DNA from: Eledone cirrhosa
Taxonomy: Eukaryota
Direction: 5' to 3'
Length of the DNA: 64,000 bases
Assembly: GCA_964016885.1 (NCBI GenBank)
Contig: OZ024743.1
Span: 46,500,001-46,564,000, forward strand
The position numbers and the translations under genes are program-made. This document shows, piece after piece, positions 1 through 10,069 of this stretch. Below the pieces are notes generated by a model that ran no database searches, was not told the DNA's origin, and worked only from the letters and a program-made list of their open reading frames with translations. Numbering within the stretch: the first letter of the stretch is position 1; every line of letters begins with the position of its first letter.

Positions 1-1676
1 AGAGGTCCTTTTTGAGGCAATATTTTATGAATGGAGTAATCCTGTTGTTTATTTGAAGTAAGCACAGTTGTCATATAACAGCTTTCCACTTCTTCACACA
101 GCTCCAGGCATGTTCATTGAGGTTTGCAAAGAGCAATATAATCTATCAAATAATTAAGTAATGTTTACTCACTTTGTCATATCATTTTCAATGATTGGCC
201 ACCTTTTAACACATGTCCATGAAGGTTTCTGAGTCATAGTGAAGTGTTCTTTGTAGTGCCAGCCAATTTGTTGAGAAGTTGTGAGGGGTTGCACATACAA
301 TTCATTTGGCCCTATAGTACACAATTAATAATGATTACAGTTGATGAAGAGTTTAGTTGATATACCCTTTTGATACAAAACTACCTGAAACCACCCTGGT
401 TCTGTAATACAAAATTTTTGTCATCATTTTATGTAAGTCACCAGTCAACTCTAATATTCCAAAATTTTTGAATCAGAGGAGAAAGCCAGTTCCCATGATC
501 CTTTTCAAAGCCTCCAAGATTGGTGGGAGGAAGGGAAACCTGGCCCCAATACTTGCACCAGTCTTTACTCTGCTAAACGCACCCAAGGACCAGGTATAAA
601 CTATTTCCTCAGTATGTGAAGAGATTGTATCTTAGTAAGGCTCAAGAAGACTAGGTTATCATGTCTACATTGGGGGGAGGGGTTCTTGGAAGCAATGTAT
701 ATCTATCATGAAGTATTTTAGTTACATGTGGATGTGCAGCTTATTAAGGAGGAATGAAGGGTGGTATCATCTATTTAGGTGTATGTATTGTCAGGAGTAG
801 CAATGAGTAGATATTTAAGTACAGAAAGATGTGTGAAATATAATTGAACCCTGGGGTAGAGAAGATTTGAGAGAATGTGAATCAGAGGGTGAGAGAGACC
901 TATTAACATATACTGTGATAGAACAGTCTGATGGGTAACTTTCAATCCAAGCGAGAGATATAGTCCATAGATAGGCAATTTAGTTAGAATATTCTCATGC
1001 AGATAAAATGAAAGGTTTCATTGTAATGGGCAAGAACATTGGATTTTCCCAAAGTTCTCAAAAGTTAGAGACTGCTGGTATGTGAAGAAAGAGTAAGTCT
1101 CAAGTAGATCTGACTTTACTTCATGGGTGAAATATCACTGCTAGTGTGTGATGGATGTAGGTTTATATCAAAGGTGTAAAATTTGGCTGGTATGTGTGAG
1201 GTGTATGTTTATATCAAGAGTGAGAAATTAGTGGTGTGTAATGGATGTGAATTTACTGCTGATATGTGTAATGTATCAGAACAAGTCTCTAGTAGATATG
1301 GATCGACAGATAGGATACTAGTAATCACTTAGAAGTGAGAGATTGAAGCGGGGTAACAACAACAATCATTTACAACTTTATAATATTTCCATCATCTTTA
1401 AAAATGAAGGTGAGAGTGACAGGGTCGTAGTTGTCATGTCAGAGTGAGAGAATGGGACATATCATTGTGTTTGCATATGTTGGGATAGATCTCTGTAGAG
1501 AGAGTTAGGTTGAAGAATTTAGTAAAGTTAGGTGTGAGCTATGGAAATGATGCCTGGGGGTAATGGAAAAGATATCATTGAGATCAGACACAATGGCTTG
1601 GACTAAAGAAATTTCCAATTTTGGGATATACATATAGTTGTGGGACAATTCAAGTAGAGATAATGGAACAACAGTG
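1..1676 (-). mobile_element. Heavily decayed Penelope-like retroelement (RT + GIY-YIG remnants)
   Basis: Minus-strand remnants in PLE order: PQLYVYPKI (~1645-1615, cf. LYxLPKIHK), then ..IVS, a YxxIDD-like motif (~770-785), and YIG-like, EH and ANH motifs (~190-325). No intact ORF; boundaries approximate. Confidence 0.45.
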
Positions 1677-1759
1677 TATCATCATCATCATCATCATCTT
1701 CGTTTAATGTCCATTTTCCACGCTAGCATGGGTTAGACGGAGTGTATATCAGAGATAAA

Positions 1760-2438
1760 TCTAAACTATAAATAAGTAACGAGCGCGGGACTGCGTAGTT
1801 TATAATTTTTTATCCCATTAGTAAAATAAGTTGGATTACTTTGAATAAATAATTGTTTCAACATTTGGCACAAGGCCAACCATTACCCAGTGCATTACTG
1901 GTACTTTATTTTATCGACCCCATAAGGATGAAAGGCAAAGTTAACCTCGACAGGATTTGAACTCAGACCGTAAAGGGACATAACTATGCTGGAAAGCATG
2001 GCGTCCGACCCTCTACCAATACTGCCAATCCACCGCCCTTTGAATAAATAATGAATGAATATTACATAATTTATCTACTAAATTTCGTGGCTGTTCATTA
2101 AATATATTTTGTTTATTTAAAGATTCACTTCTTTAAAATTTCTGAATGTCAACACTTCCGGTGGCGATCGCTTAAATAAATATATTAATTTTCTGTCACT
2201 AATTTTCTCCTAATACAGTTTATATATAATATCGTATTTATTAATTTATCATGGATTACGTTACTGATTAAATAAGACAGTGTAACGCAGTCTTCGTTCA
2301 ATTTCTATGTATTATATATTGTCAATTACGATTTTATTTGATGTATCATATCTACATGTATATATACCTGCGTATAATATCAATATACACACTACACATG
2401 CTAGCAGAAAACCACCCGAGGGGTGGTTTTTCTGCTAG
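1760..2438 (+). mobile_element. Non-autonomous Helitron-like element, copy 1 (with nested SINE)
   Basis: 5' A|TCTAAACTATA at 1759/1760. 3' hairpin GCAGAAAACCACCC-GAG-GGGTGGTTTTTCTGC ending in CTAG|T (2435-2439). No TSD. Homologous to 29200-29572 on the minus strand. Confidence 0.7.
1854..2037 (-). mobile_element. tRNA-derived SINE (family 1) nested in the Helitron-like element
   Basis: A-box-like TGGCAGTATTGG, B box GAGTTCAAATCC, body GCCTTTCATCCTTAYGGGGTCGATAAAATAAAGTACCAG. 15-bp TSD CTTTGAATAAATAAT at 1839-1853 and 2038-2052. Other copies at ~2681-2783, 41727-41866, 59845-60030. Confidence 0.85.
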
Positions 2439-3408
2439 TGTTCTTAATTCAAGAAGAGAAATGGTAGAACAACTGTTGTTGGTTTGGCGGCTCGCCTTAG
2501 TGAGGTGTCAGGTGATGCCTGTGAGGGTGCCTGGTTGTTCAGCGCCTTAGCCTCACCATCACCTGTGGTAATGTTGTGAGTGTGTTGGCTTGCTTCAAAG
2601 TGTTCCATTGACCCTTATAGTGTGCGGTCAATTGTCGCATTTGATGGTGAATTGATGGTCGTTTTCATTTTTGTTTTTCACTGAGGTTAACTTTGCCTTT
2701 CATCCTTACGGGGTCGATATAATAAAGTATCAGTAATGTACTGGGTAATTGCTGGCCTTGTACCAAAAGTAGAAACAATTATATTTGATATATTTTTGTG
2801 TATTATATTTGTGAGGTTCCAAGCAATAACTAATTGTATTTTTTTAACATGTGTTTATATTTTCATTCTGTAAAGATTTGTAATGATATTTATATACTCA
2901 ATAACCTTTCAAAGTGTAAGAGAGACAACAGATAATAAGGTAAATGATAAGGAGAATGGATTCTATCCATTCTCCTTAACATTTGCAGACACCGCCTTTT
3001 GGAACGAAATTGAGGATTAGTGTGTAGTTTGGGAGAGATTCATGTTTTGGAGGAATAGGCCTCCTCAAAATTGTAGACCCATTCTAATTAGCATTCTCTC
3101 TGTTCTGGTTGAGACACAACACAACAAACAAAAAGTGAGAATATATCCTCAATAAAAGTATCAGTGCTTTTGCAAATTCAACTAACTCTTATCTAACCCT
3201 AACCTTAAACCTGAACTACTAACTACTATCCCAGTATCATTGACAACAGACTTTTCAAGAAAATGAAAATATCTTGACTAATTCACCAAATTCATTGAAG
3301 TTAAGATAAGGTCTAGGGTTAGTCTTGATTAAATTCAGAGTTAAAGACAGGGTTCTCTTGTCAACTCATGCATGTGTGTTCAGTTGATAGAATTGAGGAT
3401 AGTAGTTT

Positions 3409-3441
<33 letters not shown>

Positions 3442-3443
<2 letters not shown>

Positions 3444-3611
3444 CAAAAAAACAAAGTGTGGTAAGAAACCAAGTGGACCATAACACACCAGAGTACTCGA
3501 TTTTTAGGGTAGTAGAGTGGGTAATAGGAAAAGAGTCAGGACCCCGACGGCTGAGCTCTAGCTGTCGAAATGGCCGGAGCTCAGCTGTCGGGGTCCTGAC
3601 TCTTTTCCTAT
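3442..3611. repeat. Fold-back element inserted in (TA)n, with an 88-bp near-perfect palindrome (3524-3611)
   Basis: Arms ATAGGAAAAGAGTCAGGACCCCGACGGCTGAGCTCT (3524-3559) and GGAGCTCAGCTGTCGGGGTCCTGACTCTTTTCCTAT (3576-3611) pair with only G-T wobbles. (TA)n on both sides. Confidence 0.85.
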
Positions 3612-4017
3612 ATATATATATATAAAAGCCAAAATCTTTGATTATTATTTACATTGTAAAAGCCAAAATCTGATTATAAATAAAAAAACTGACTTATTTT
3701 AGCCAATCTAGCTTATATCCTGCCAAAATGAGATTTTGGCTGAAGTTTAATATATTCTAATACTTCTCTGAGTAAATAATTTATTAATATATTTTAACCT
3801 TTAATTGAGATGTTTACATATTGCTGACTCACCATACTCACATACAAGGTGATGCCTGTGATGGTGCTAGGTTATTCTACCGACTTAACATTGTTATCAC
3901 CTGCGGCAATGATGCGTGTTCGCTTGCCTCAAAAATTCTTAGAGGGAAACTCAAGTGCCCCTTGTGATGATTAAGTGTGTGTGTCTTCTCCCACTTTTTT
4001 GTGTATATATATATATA

Positions 4018-4415
4018 CCTCTACACTTACTTTCACAGCTCTGTACAGACCAACAACACACATTTGCTCACAGCTTCGTACATATAACCCCACATACACA
4101 TGTATACACACACACACACAAGTACAGCTCTATATACAAAATGTTTTTTCCCCCTCGATCACCACCTTTAAAACAAGTTTATCTTACACAAAATGCCAGC
4201 ATCAACAGTTTTCCGAGAGGTCTCGACATCAATGGACCTGTTTTTTTTCTCTAAAATTTTTTTTCGTTTCCACCACTGCTCATCTCCTCGATCTTTCCAT
4301 TTCTTCTTTAATTTCTTGTTCTATTTTCTGATGAAGGACTAGCGTCTGAGAGGTTAAGATTCTTTTCCTACTATATAAAGCGTAAAACTAATAAAACATT
4401 TCTTCATTGTACTGT
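4018..4415 (+). mobile_element. Penelope-like 3' fragment (pseudo-LTR region with degenerate hammerhead)
   Basis: 4018-4060 resembles 63952-63995 at the end of the PLE at 62.2-64 kb. FPRGLDIN resembles a GIY-YIG C-terminal PxGLN motif. CTGATGA-AGGAC-TAGC-GTCT-GAGA at 4328-4351, then AATAAA. Flanked by (TA)n. Confidence 0.5.
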
Positions 4416-4439
4416 TTTGTTATTTCTGTTTGCCTTCTG

Positions 4440-4471
<32 letters not shown>

Positions 4472-4496
4472 AACAATTGTGTATATTTGTATGCAT

Positions 4497-6870
4497 TCTT
4501 ATTCTTCTCCTCTTCCTCCTTCTTCTTCCCCCACATATTCCTGGGAGGGTCATAGAGACGGCGTCCTCAAACACTACTCCTAGTGGGTCCTGTCAGAAGC
4601 AACCATCTTCAATTGATCCAACTGGTTCCCCAAGTGAGACCAGCCAATCTCATGGATGTTATCCAACCATCCTGCTCAGGGTCTACCTTTGGGTCTCCTG
4701 CCAGTTGGTTTTGCTTGTAAAATCTGTCCAGCAATTCTTTCTGCAGTGTGAATATTTTGTCAGTTGTGGTGCATCCGGTGTGAAAACCACACTGTTCATT
4801 AGCTAGCTTGGACTCAACAATCTGCTTACATCTCGTTGCCAGACACTTAGCATAGACTTTACCAAGGAGGCTTAAGAAGGAGATCCTTCTATAATTGGAG
4901 CAATCTCTCTTTTTGAAAATTGGGATTATCACTCCCAATTGCTATTGCTTAGGTTCCAGAGATCCAGACCACGTGAGTCAGCCAGAGAATACCTTCTCTA
5001 TTTAAGGCTTCTATCATTACGGGTTGAATTTCATCCTTTCCACATTTGAGCTCTTTGATTGTTCATAACCTTAGTCTCTGAGAGATTAGTCACCACTCCC
5101 AGATGCACCTTGTGTACATCCAAAAATGATGTTGTGATCAGGTTTAGAAAGATCAGTAACGTATCCCCCCCCCCCACACACACACACACTTTGCAACGTA
5201 TTCTCTCCACCTCTGAAGAGAGGAGATCCCCAGATGCATTTCTGATATCAGGTGTGGAGGAGGCCTTCTTATTACAAAGTTGGCAAATGGTCTGCCAGAA
5301 CACTTTATTTGCTGATCTGAAGTCAATTCCAGCTTAACCCCAAAGTCTTCCCATGTCTTAACTTTGGATGCTTTTACTGTCTCTACTGTGATTATTCATG
5401 TCTGCTTGTACCACAAATGGAAGAAGGCGGTCTTATTTCCAAGCCAAGCTTTGTAGGCCTCCTTCTTTGCTCAGATGACATCTTTGACCTCTTGATTGAA
5501 CCAAGAGGTTCTCTTGCATTCAGCGCCACACTAAGCCTCTATCACCTGCATCATTTAACAGCTGAGCTGAACAATCTCTACTCTGTCTCAATGTCCTCAA
5601 TTTGCTCAGTGTTCTCTGAATTTGGATGCAATAGTATCTGAATACTTGATCCAGAATTCCTTATCCACCACTTTATCTTGAAGGTTAACCTGAACCTGCC
5701 TGTTTTGTGGGTTTCTTTAGCTTTAAGTAACCTCAAATTGTAGATAATTAGATAGTGATCTGTTGACAGATTAATCCCTATCTTAACACAAACATCCAGC
5801 ATAGAATCGAAGAGATCAGAGACTTTAACAAAATCAATTATTTATCTCTGCCCCTGATTCCCCTTATACCATGTATATTTGTGGATGTCTCTATGCTGAA
5901 AGAAGGTGTTCACAATAGAGAGTCCATTGCTAGAATAGAAGTCCCATAAGGCCTCTCCATTCATATTTAGATTGGGATCACTCTGCCTGCCAATCACTCT
6001 TTTCCATGTCAGGTGGTCAGTGCCAACATGTGCATTGAAGTTTCCCATCAGAATATATGACTCAGTCTTAACTACAACTAACAATGCAGTGATTTCATCA
6101 AGGAAGGATCTGTATTCGAACTCCTTGTTTGGTGCATAAACTTGCACCACCCACAGCAACCTATCTTTCAGCCTAAGCTTCAAGAAGCAAATCCTCCCTC
6201 CTAATGGTATCCAGTCCATAACACAATCTGACAGCCAGGGGCTTGTATCCCCACTCCCACCTGTGCAGTCATTTCTGGCGCTACAACTGAATAGTGGAGT
6301 TTCCATCTTCCATCCAAATCGACAGTATCAGAGCCATGGAACTTTGTTGAGGAAACCCCCGACTATGTCTAGCCAATAGCATCTAGCCTCTTCCACTAGT
6401 TCATGCTCCTTACCAGTAAGGGTCTGGTCCTGATGTTTCAGGTTCCAATTGTCATGGTTTGCTCCCTTCCGAACCCTCTTTGGAGTCTTGGGATATGCAA
6501 TCTTTCTACATCCTTCAAAGGATAGTTCGCAGGCCCATCATCAGTTTTTACACCATGGAATAGAGACTGCAATATATTTTTTCAATAGGCCTCTTTACCT
6601 GAAGCGTCTCTTGTTAACCAGCACAAAGGACAGTGTGGTATGATACTTTTTCTTACGTCTCATCATATTGCAGTTTTCGTGGTCTTATTTGCGCCAGTCA
6701 CCAATCTGGTACTTTCTCAAACCTGCAAAGACTAGGCTTATTTATAGGCAGCCTTTTCTCGCCTCGTCATAGCTACATAACTGGGCTGTGAGAGTTTCCT
6801 TGAGAGCTAAAGATGTCTGTCACCCATTGCCCCATCCCCTCTAGTAGTTTACTGCTGTTGGGCCAGGGTT
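4497..6870 (-). mobile_element. RTE-clade LINE (family C), decayed, internally deleted
   Basis: APE motifs (VYAPN, ILMGNFNAHVG, NTFFQH, STDHYL) and RT-N motifs (IIPIFKK..CSNYRRISFLS, EQCGF) in ORFs 5842-6306, 5578-5802, 4609-4938. Jumps to the 3' end near 4735. (GAA)n-type tail at ~4497-4527. Confidence 0.85.
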
Positions 6871-7190
6871 GCTTATGATATTTCACAATTTATTTCAATA
6901 GAATGTATACAGGTGGGCAACTATATGCATTCTATTGAATTATGAAGTATCACTATACCTTACTATAAAATGGGTTAGTCAGAGATGGAACGCTTTTAAT
7001 CATAGTGCAGTTCGACCAAGTCTAACCAGAGGGTAAACAACCCACTACATTGTGATCATGATGTAGGATACATAAAAATGTATATATAATAGAAATAGAA
7101 GCTTTCATCGTATTTTTTTAACTATAGAATTCTTTTAGCCTGATAGTGGGGTTTAGAACCCTCTAAGAAATGGAAAAGACAAGTGTTAAC

Positions 7191-7244
7191 TTACATGGGA
7201 GTCGAACCCACATCTTTGGTTATCCAGACCACTGGACTATGTAG
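7191..7244 (-). pseudogene. tRNA-like relic with A and B boxes but no anticodon arm
   Basis: Minus strand CTACA-TAGTCCAGTGG-TCTGGATAACCAAAGATGTG-GGTTCGACTCC-CATGTAA. D stem GTCC/GGAT, T stem GTGGG/CCCAT, only ~10 nt between the two arms. Confidence 0.55.
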
Positions 7245-7644
7245 TATATATATATTTATTGTTAATCAATTGATAACTGAATGACCAACACGTTTACAAA
7301 AGAAACAGAGCTTTTATTTGGTCACTCACTTAATCTGCTAGCAACACCAGCCAAATCTCCCTCAAATTACACCCCAGCGTTGTAAAAAAAATCAGACAAA
7401 ACATCGAGGATTAAAGGAGAGATTATATCTAGGAGTTAATTATTTTAAGAAAGAAATATACTGTTTTTTTTAAACCGACCTTTCGCATTTCTTATATGTT
7501 TCTTTTTAAGTCTCTTTAATTCATTAAACGAGCTTTGATATTCAGGATTGTGGGGTGAATACATAGTTGAATGTTAAATAGTTAGAATTGTTCACGCTTT
7601 GTGAGAAAAAACGTTGCTAAGACATTGTTTACAGTAACATAATT

Positions 7645-7690
7645 CAGCGAGATTCTCATTGGTGCGAGATTTACAGCGGCCATTAAGTAA
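7645..7690 (+). promoter_or_regulatory. Likely CCT5 proximal promoter elements
   Basis: CpG-retaining segment ~100-140 bp upstream of the ATG with an inverted CCAAT (ATTGG 7658-7662), two GCGAGATT motifs and a YY1-like CGGCCATT (7677-7684). Motif matches only. Confidence 0.4.
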
Positions 7691-7787
7691 ATCACTGACT
7701 CATATTCTTCAGTGAGAAAAGACGTTTCTACTGTAAATTGTCAATCAGTTGTAATCGCATCACATCTACATCTTTATTTTTGTCAAA

Positions 7788-7892
7788 ATGTCTACGATGG
7801 GTTCTTTAGCATTCGATGAGTATGGGAGACCATTTATCATCATTAAAGATCAAGATTCGAAGAGCCGTCTTACCGGTATAGATGCTCACAAG
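7788..7892 (+). CDS. CCT5: T-complex protein 1 subunit epsilon, coding exon 1
   Basis: AAAATG start; [35 protein letters not shown] (characteristic CCT5 N-terminus); donor AG|GTAAGA; 105 nt. Confidence 0.97.
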
Positions 7893-10069
7893 GTAAGATT
7901 CTCTCTCGACCATGATATGTCGCATGATGAGGAGACATCATGCTTCTTTTATTACTGTCAGTAATTGTTGTATGTCTTCTCTCTTTTAACATTCTTTATA
8001 CAAACAGTATCATTAGTTAATCATGTTCCGACATGGACATTTCAATTAATAAAATAAAATCCTATATTTAGTGGAAATATTTCAGTAAATTAGCGAATTA
8101 GATGTATTTTATCCGATGTTCTAGAACTATCTATAGATAACTGAGCATGCTACAAACCAAATTATCATTTATTGTTACTCTTTGAAGTATCTTATTTTAA
8201 CACTTTCTTACAAAACAATTAAGTAGTTATAACTATATAATATTTGTTAATTTAATTAACTGGCAAATGGTAATGGTATTAAAGTGTCTTACTGACAAGA
8301 TAGCATCTTGTAAAGTATTTTTTATACTCGGAAATTTCCTCATTTTTATGCACAATAAATCCCTTTAGAAATAATAGTAGTAACGTATATGTATGTATGT
8401 ATATATATATTAAACTTGATGATACTCGGACACCTCATCCCTACATATAAATATATATATATATAGAGGGCGGGAGATCTCCGGTTTCGGAAGTCCATAG
8501 GCAACTAACTGCCCCATCCATCCTATAAGTAAAAATATGTTAATTATATATATATATCTTATCCAGAACAAAATCTAGTTGAAGTATCTTTTTTTTTTTT
8601 TTTTTTTTTTGGTTGAAGTTCTATGATGGTTGGTTTAGTTTTTTTATATTTCAGAATAGAATACAATAAAATAAAGACCAAACTCAACTCTCTTTTATAA
8701 TAAAATTGTGGAAGAAATAAATATTTTGTCCAAGTCGCATGTATACTCTATATTGTTTAGCACCATGCGGGCCTTAATCGAACAGACGTTCACTCACCCA
8801 CCCTTTTTTTTTTTTTGGGGGACATTTTGCTATTTCACGTTGAAATACTTTGGTATCTCGTTTGATTCTTTTAATAGCAATCAGTCTCAGTTATATTGGG
8901 ATGATGATGAGGGCTTGACAGTTTTCACGAGCCGATGGCAATAGAAAATATGGATACATCAAATGTTCTAACAGCACATACTAGCGTAGGGTTTCGTCGC
9001 CCTTCCGTGAGGTATTTCGTAGATCTCTTCAATGATAGGAGGGCCTAGTCCCTTAGTCATATAAAACTTTAGGGGCGATAATGTAAACGAGAGTCGGTTT
9101 TAACTGAAAAGTACTTGCTTTATCATCATTCCAATTTTTGTTTTTTTAAATCTTAGCGTATATAGATTTTAAAAGAAGAAAGTTCGATTTATAAAAATGC
9201 AAAATGTTGAGAAATTAAACGTTGTGTATAGTATAAATGGATATTTCTCCGTATACGTGTATGTACGAGCTAAATAAGACTAGCGCCCCACCTCTTCGTT
9301 ATTTCTCATTATTTTGAACATCCATGACTAATTTTGAAATAAAAATTGCAATAGCCGACTCTCATCTATATCAATGTCAAGATGATCGTACTTGGCAGAA
9401 CAAAGTATATGGAAAAAACAAAGAAAACATGATGATAGGGTGCGAAGCTTACGTAGTAGGTAGTAACAGATGCCAGAGTAAATATATAACGACCAAAAGT
9501 GTCACAGTAGGTTGATGCTGAACTGTAGCTATGACAGATCTGATGATGTGTCTAGTGTAAACCTCTCCAACCATGCCAATATAGAAGAAATAAACATTAA
9601 AACTGACTGCTAGACTTATTTGTTTAAGATAAATTGAACATTGTTTAGTGCCTTGACCTATAAAATATGAATACACAGCTTTTAACCACTATGCTTCATT
9701 ATCCTCATTTTTATATCTGTTTTTCTATGCTTGCATGGGACTTCTCCGAAACATCATACGACTTGTTACATTCCTTTGTCATCTCCTTTGTGACATTCAA
9801 TATCCTTAGATAAATTTTCACCACTTGGAACTCCTGCCACTTAACTCAGCTGCTATCAACAACATACATTATATGTTGGTATCAGCAGTCATCTTTCTTG
9901 CACACTAAATCTGATTCATCTTTATACCCAGTTTTTCTCTTACCCCATCTGTGTTTCATTATTCATGCACACTAACGTGACACTCAGCATTCTGTGTCTT
10001 GGTCACTTTTCAGTCTTTACACATCATTTGCTTTCAATGTCCATCATCATTTTTATATTTGCTTAATCA

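Noticed and set aside
3193-3204. CTAACCCTAACC as telomeric repeat or telomerase template
   Set aside because: Only two degenerate units, with no array or supporting structure.
7213-7224. 12-nt match to the 5' end of miR-9 (TCTTTGGTTATC)
   Set aside because: It diverges after position 12, has no precursor hairpin and lies inside the tRNA-like relic.
8118-8128. GTTCTAGAAC as a heat-shock element in CCT5 intron 1
   Set aside because: Only two nGAAn units, which is common by chance.
8466-8527. TA-flanked fragment with minus-strand TCC-GAAA-CCGG
   Set aside because: Suggestive of a hammerhead remnant but lacks CUGANGA and a cleavage triplet.
7921-9545. Box C motifs (ATGATGA at ~7924, 8901, 9429) as intronic C/D snoRNAs
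   Set aside because: No convincing box D with terminal stem at a typical distance, and no recognisable rRNA guide. A snoscan/Infernal search would be needed.
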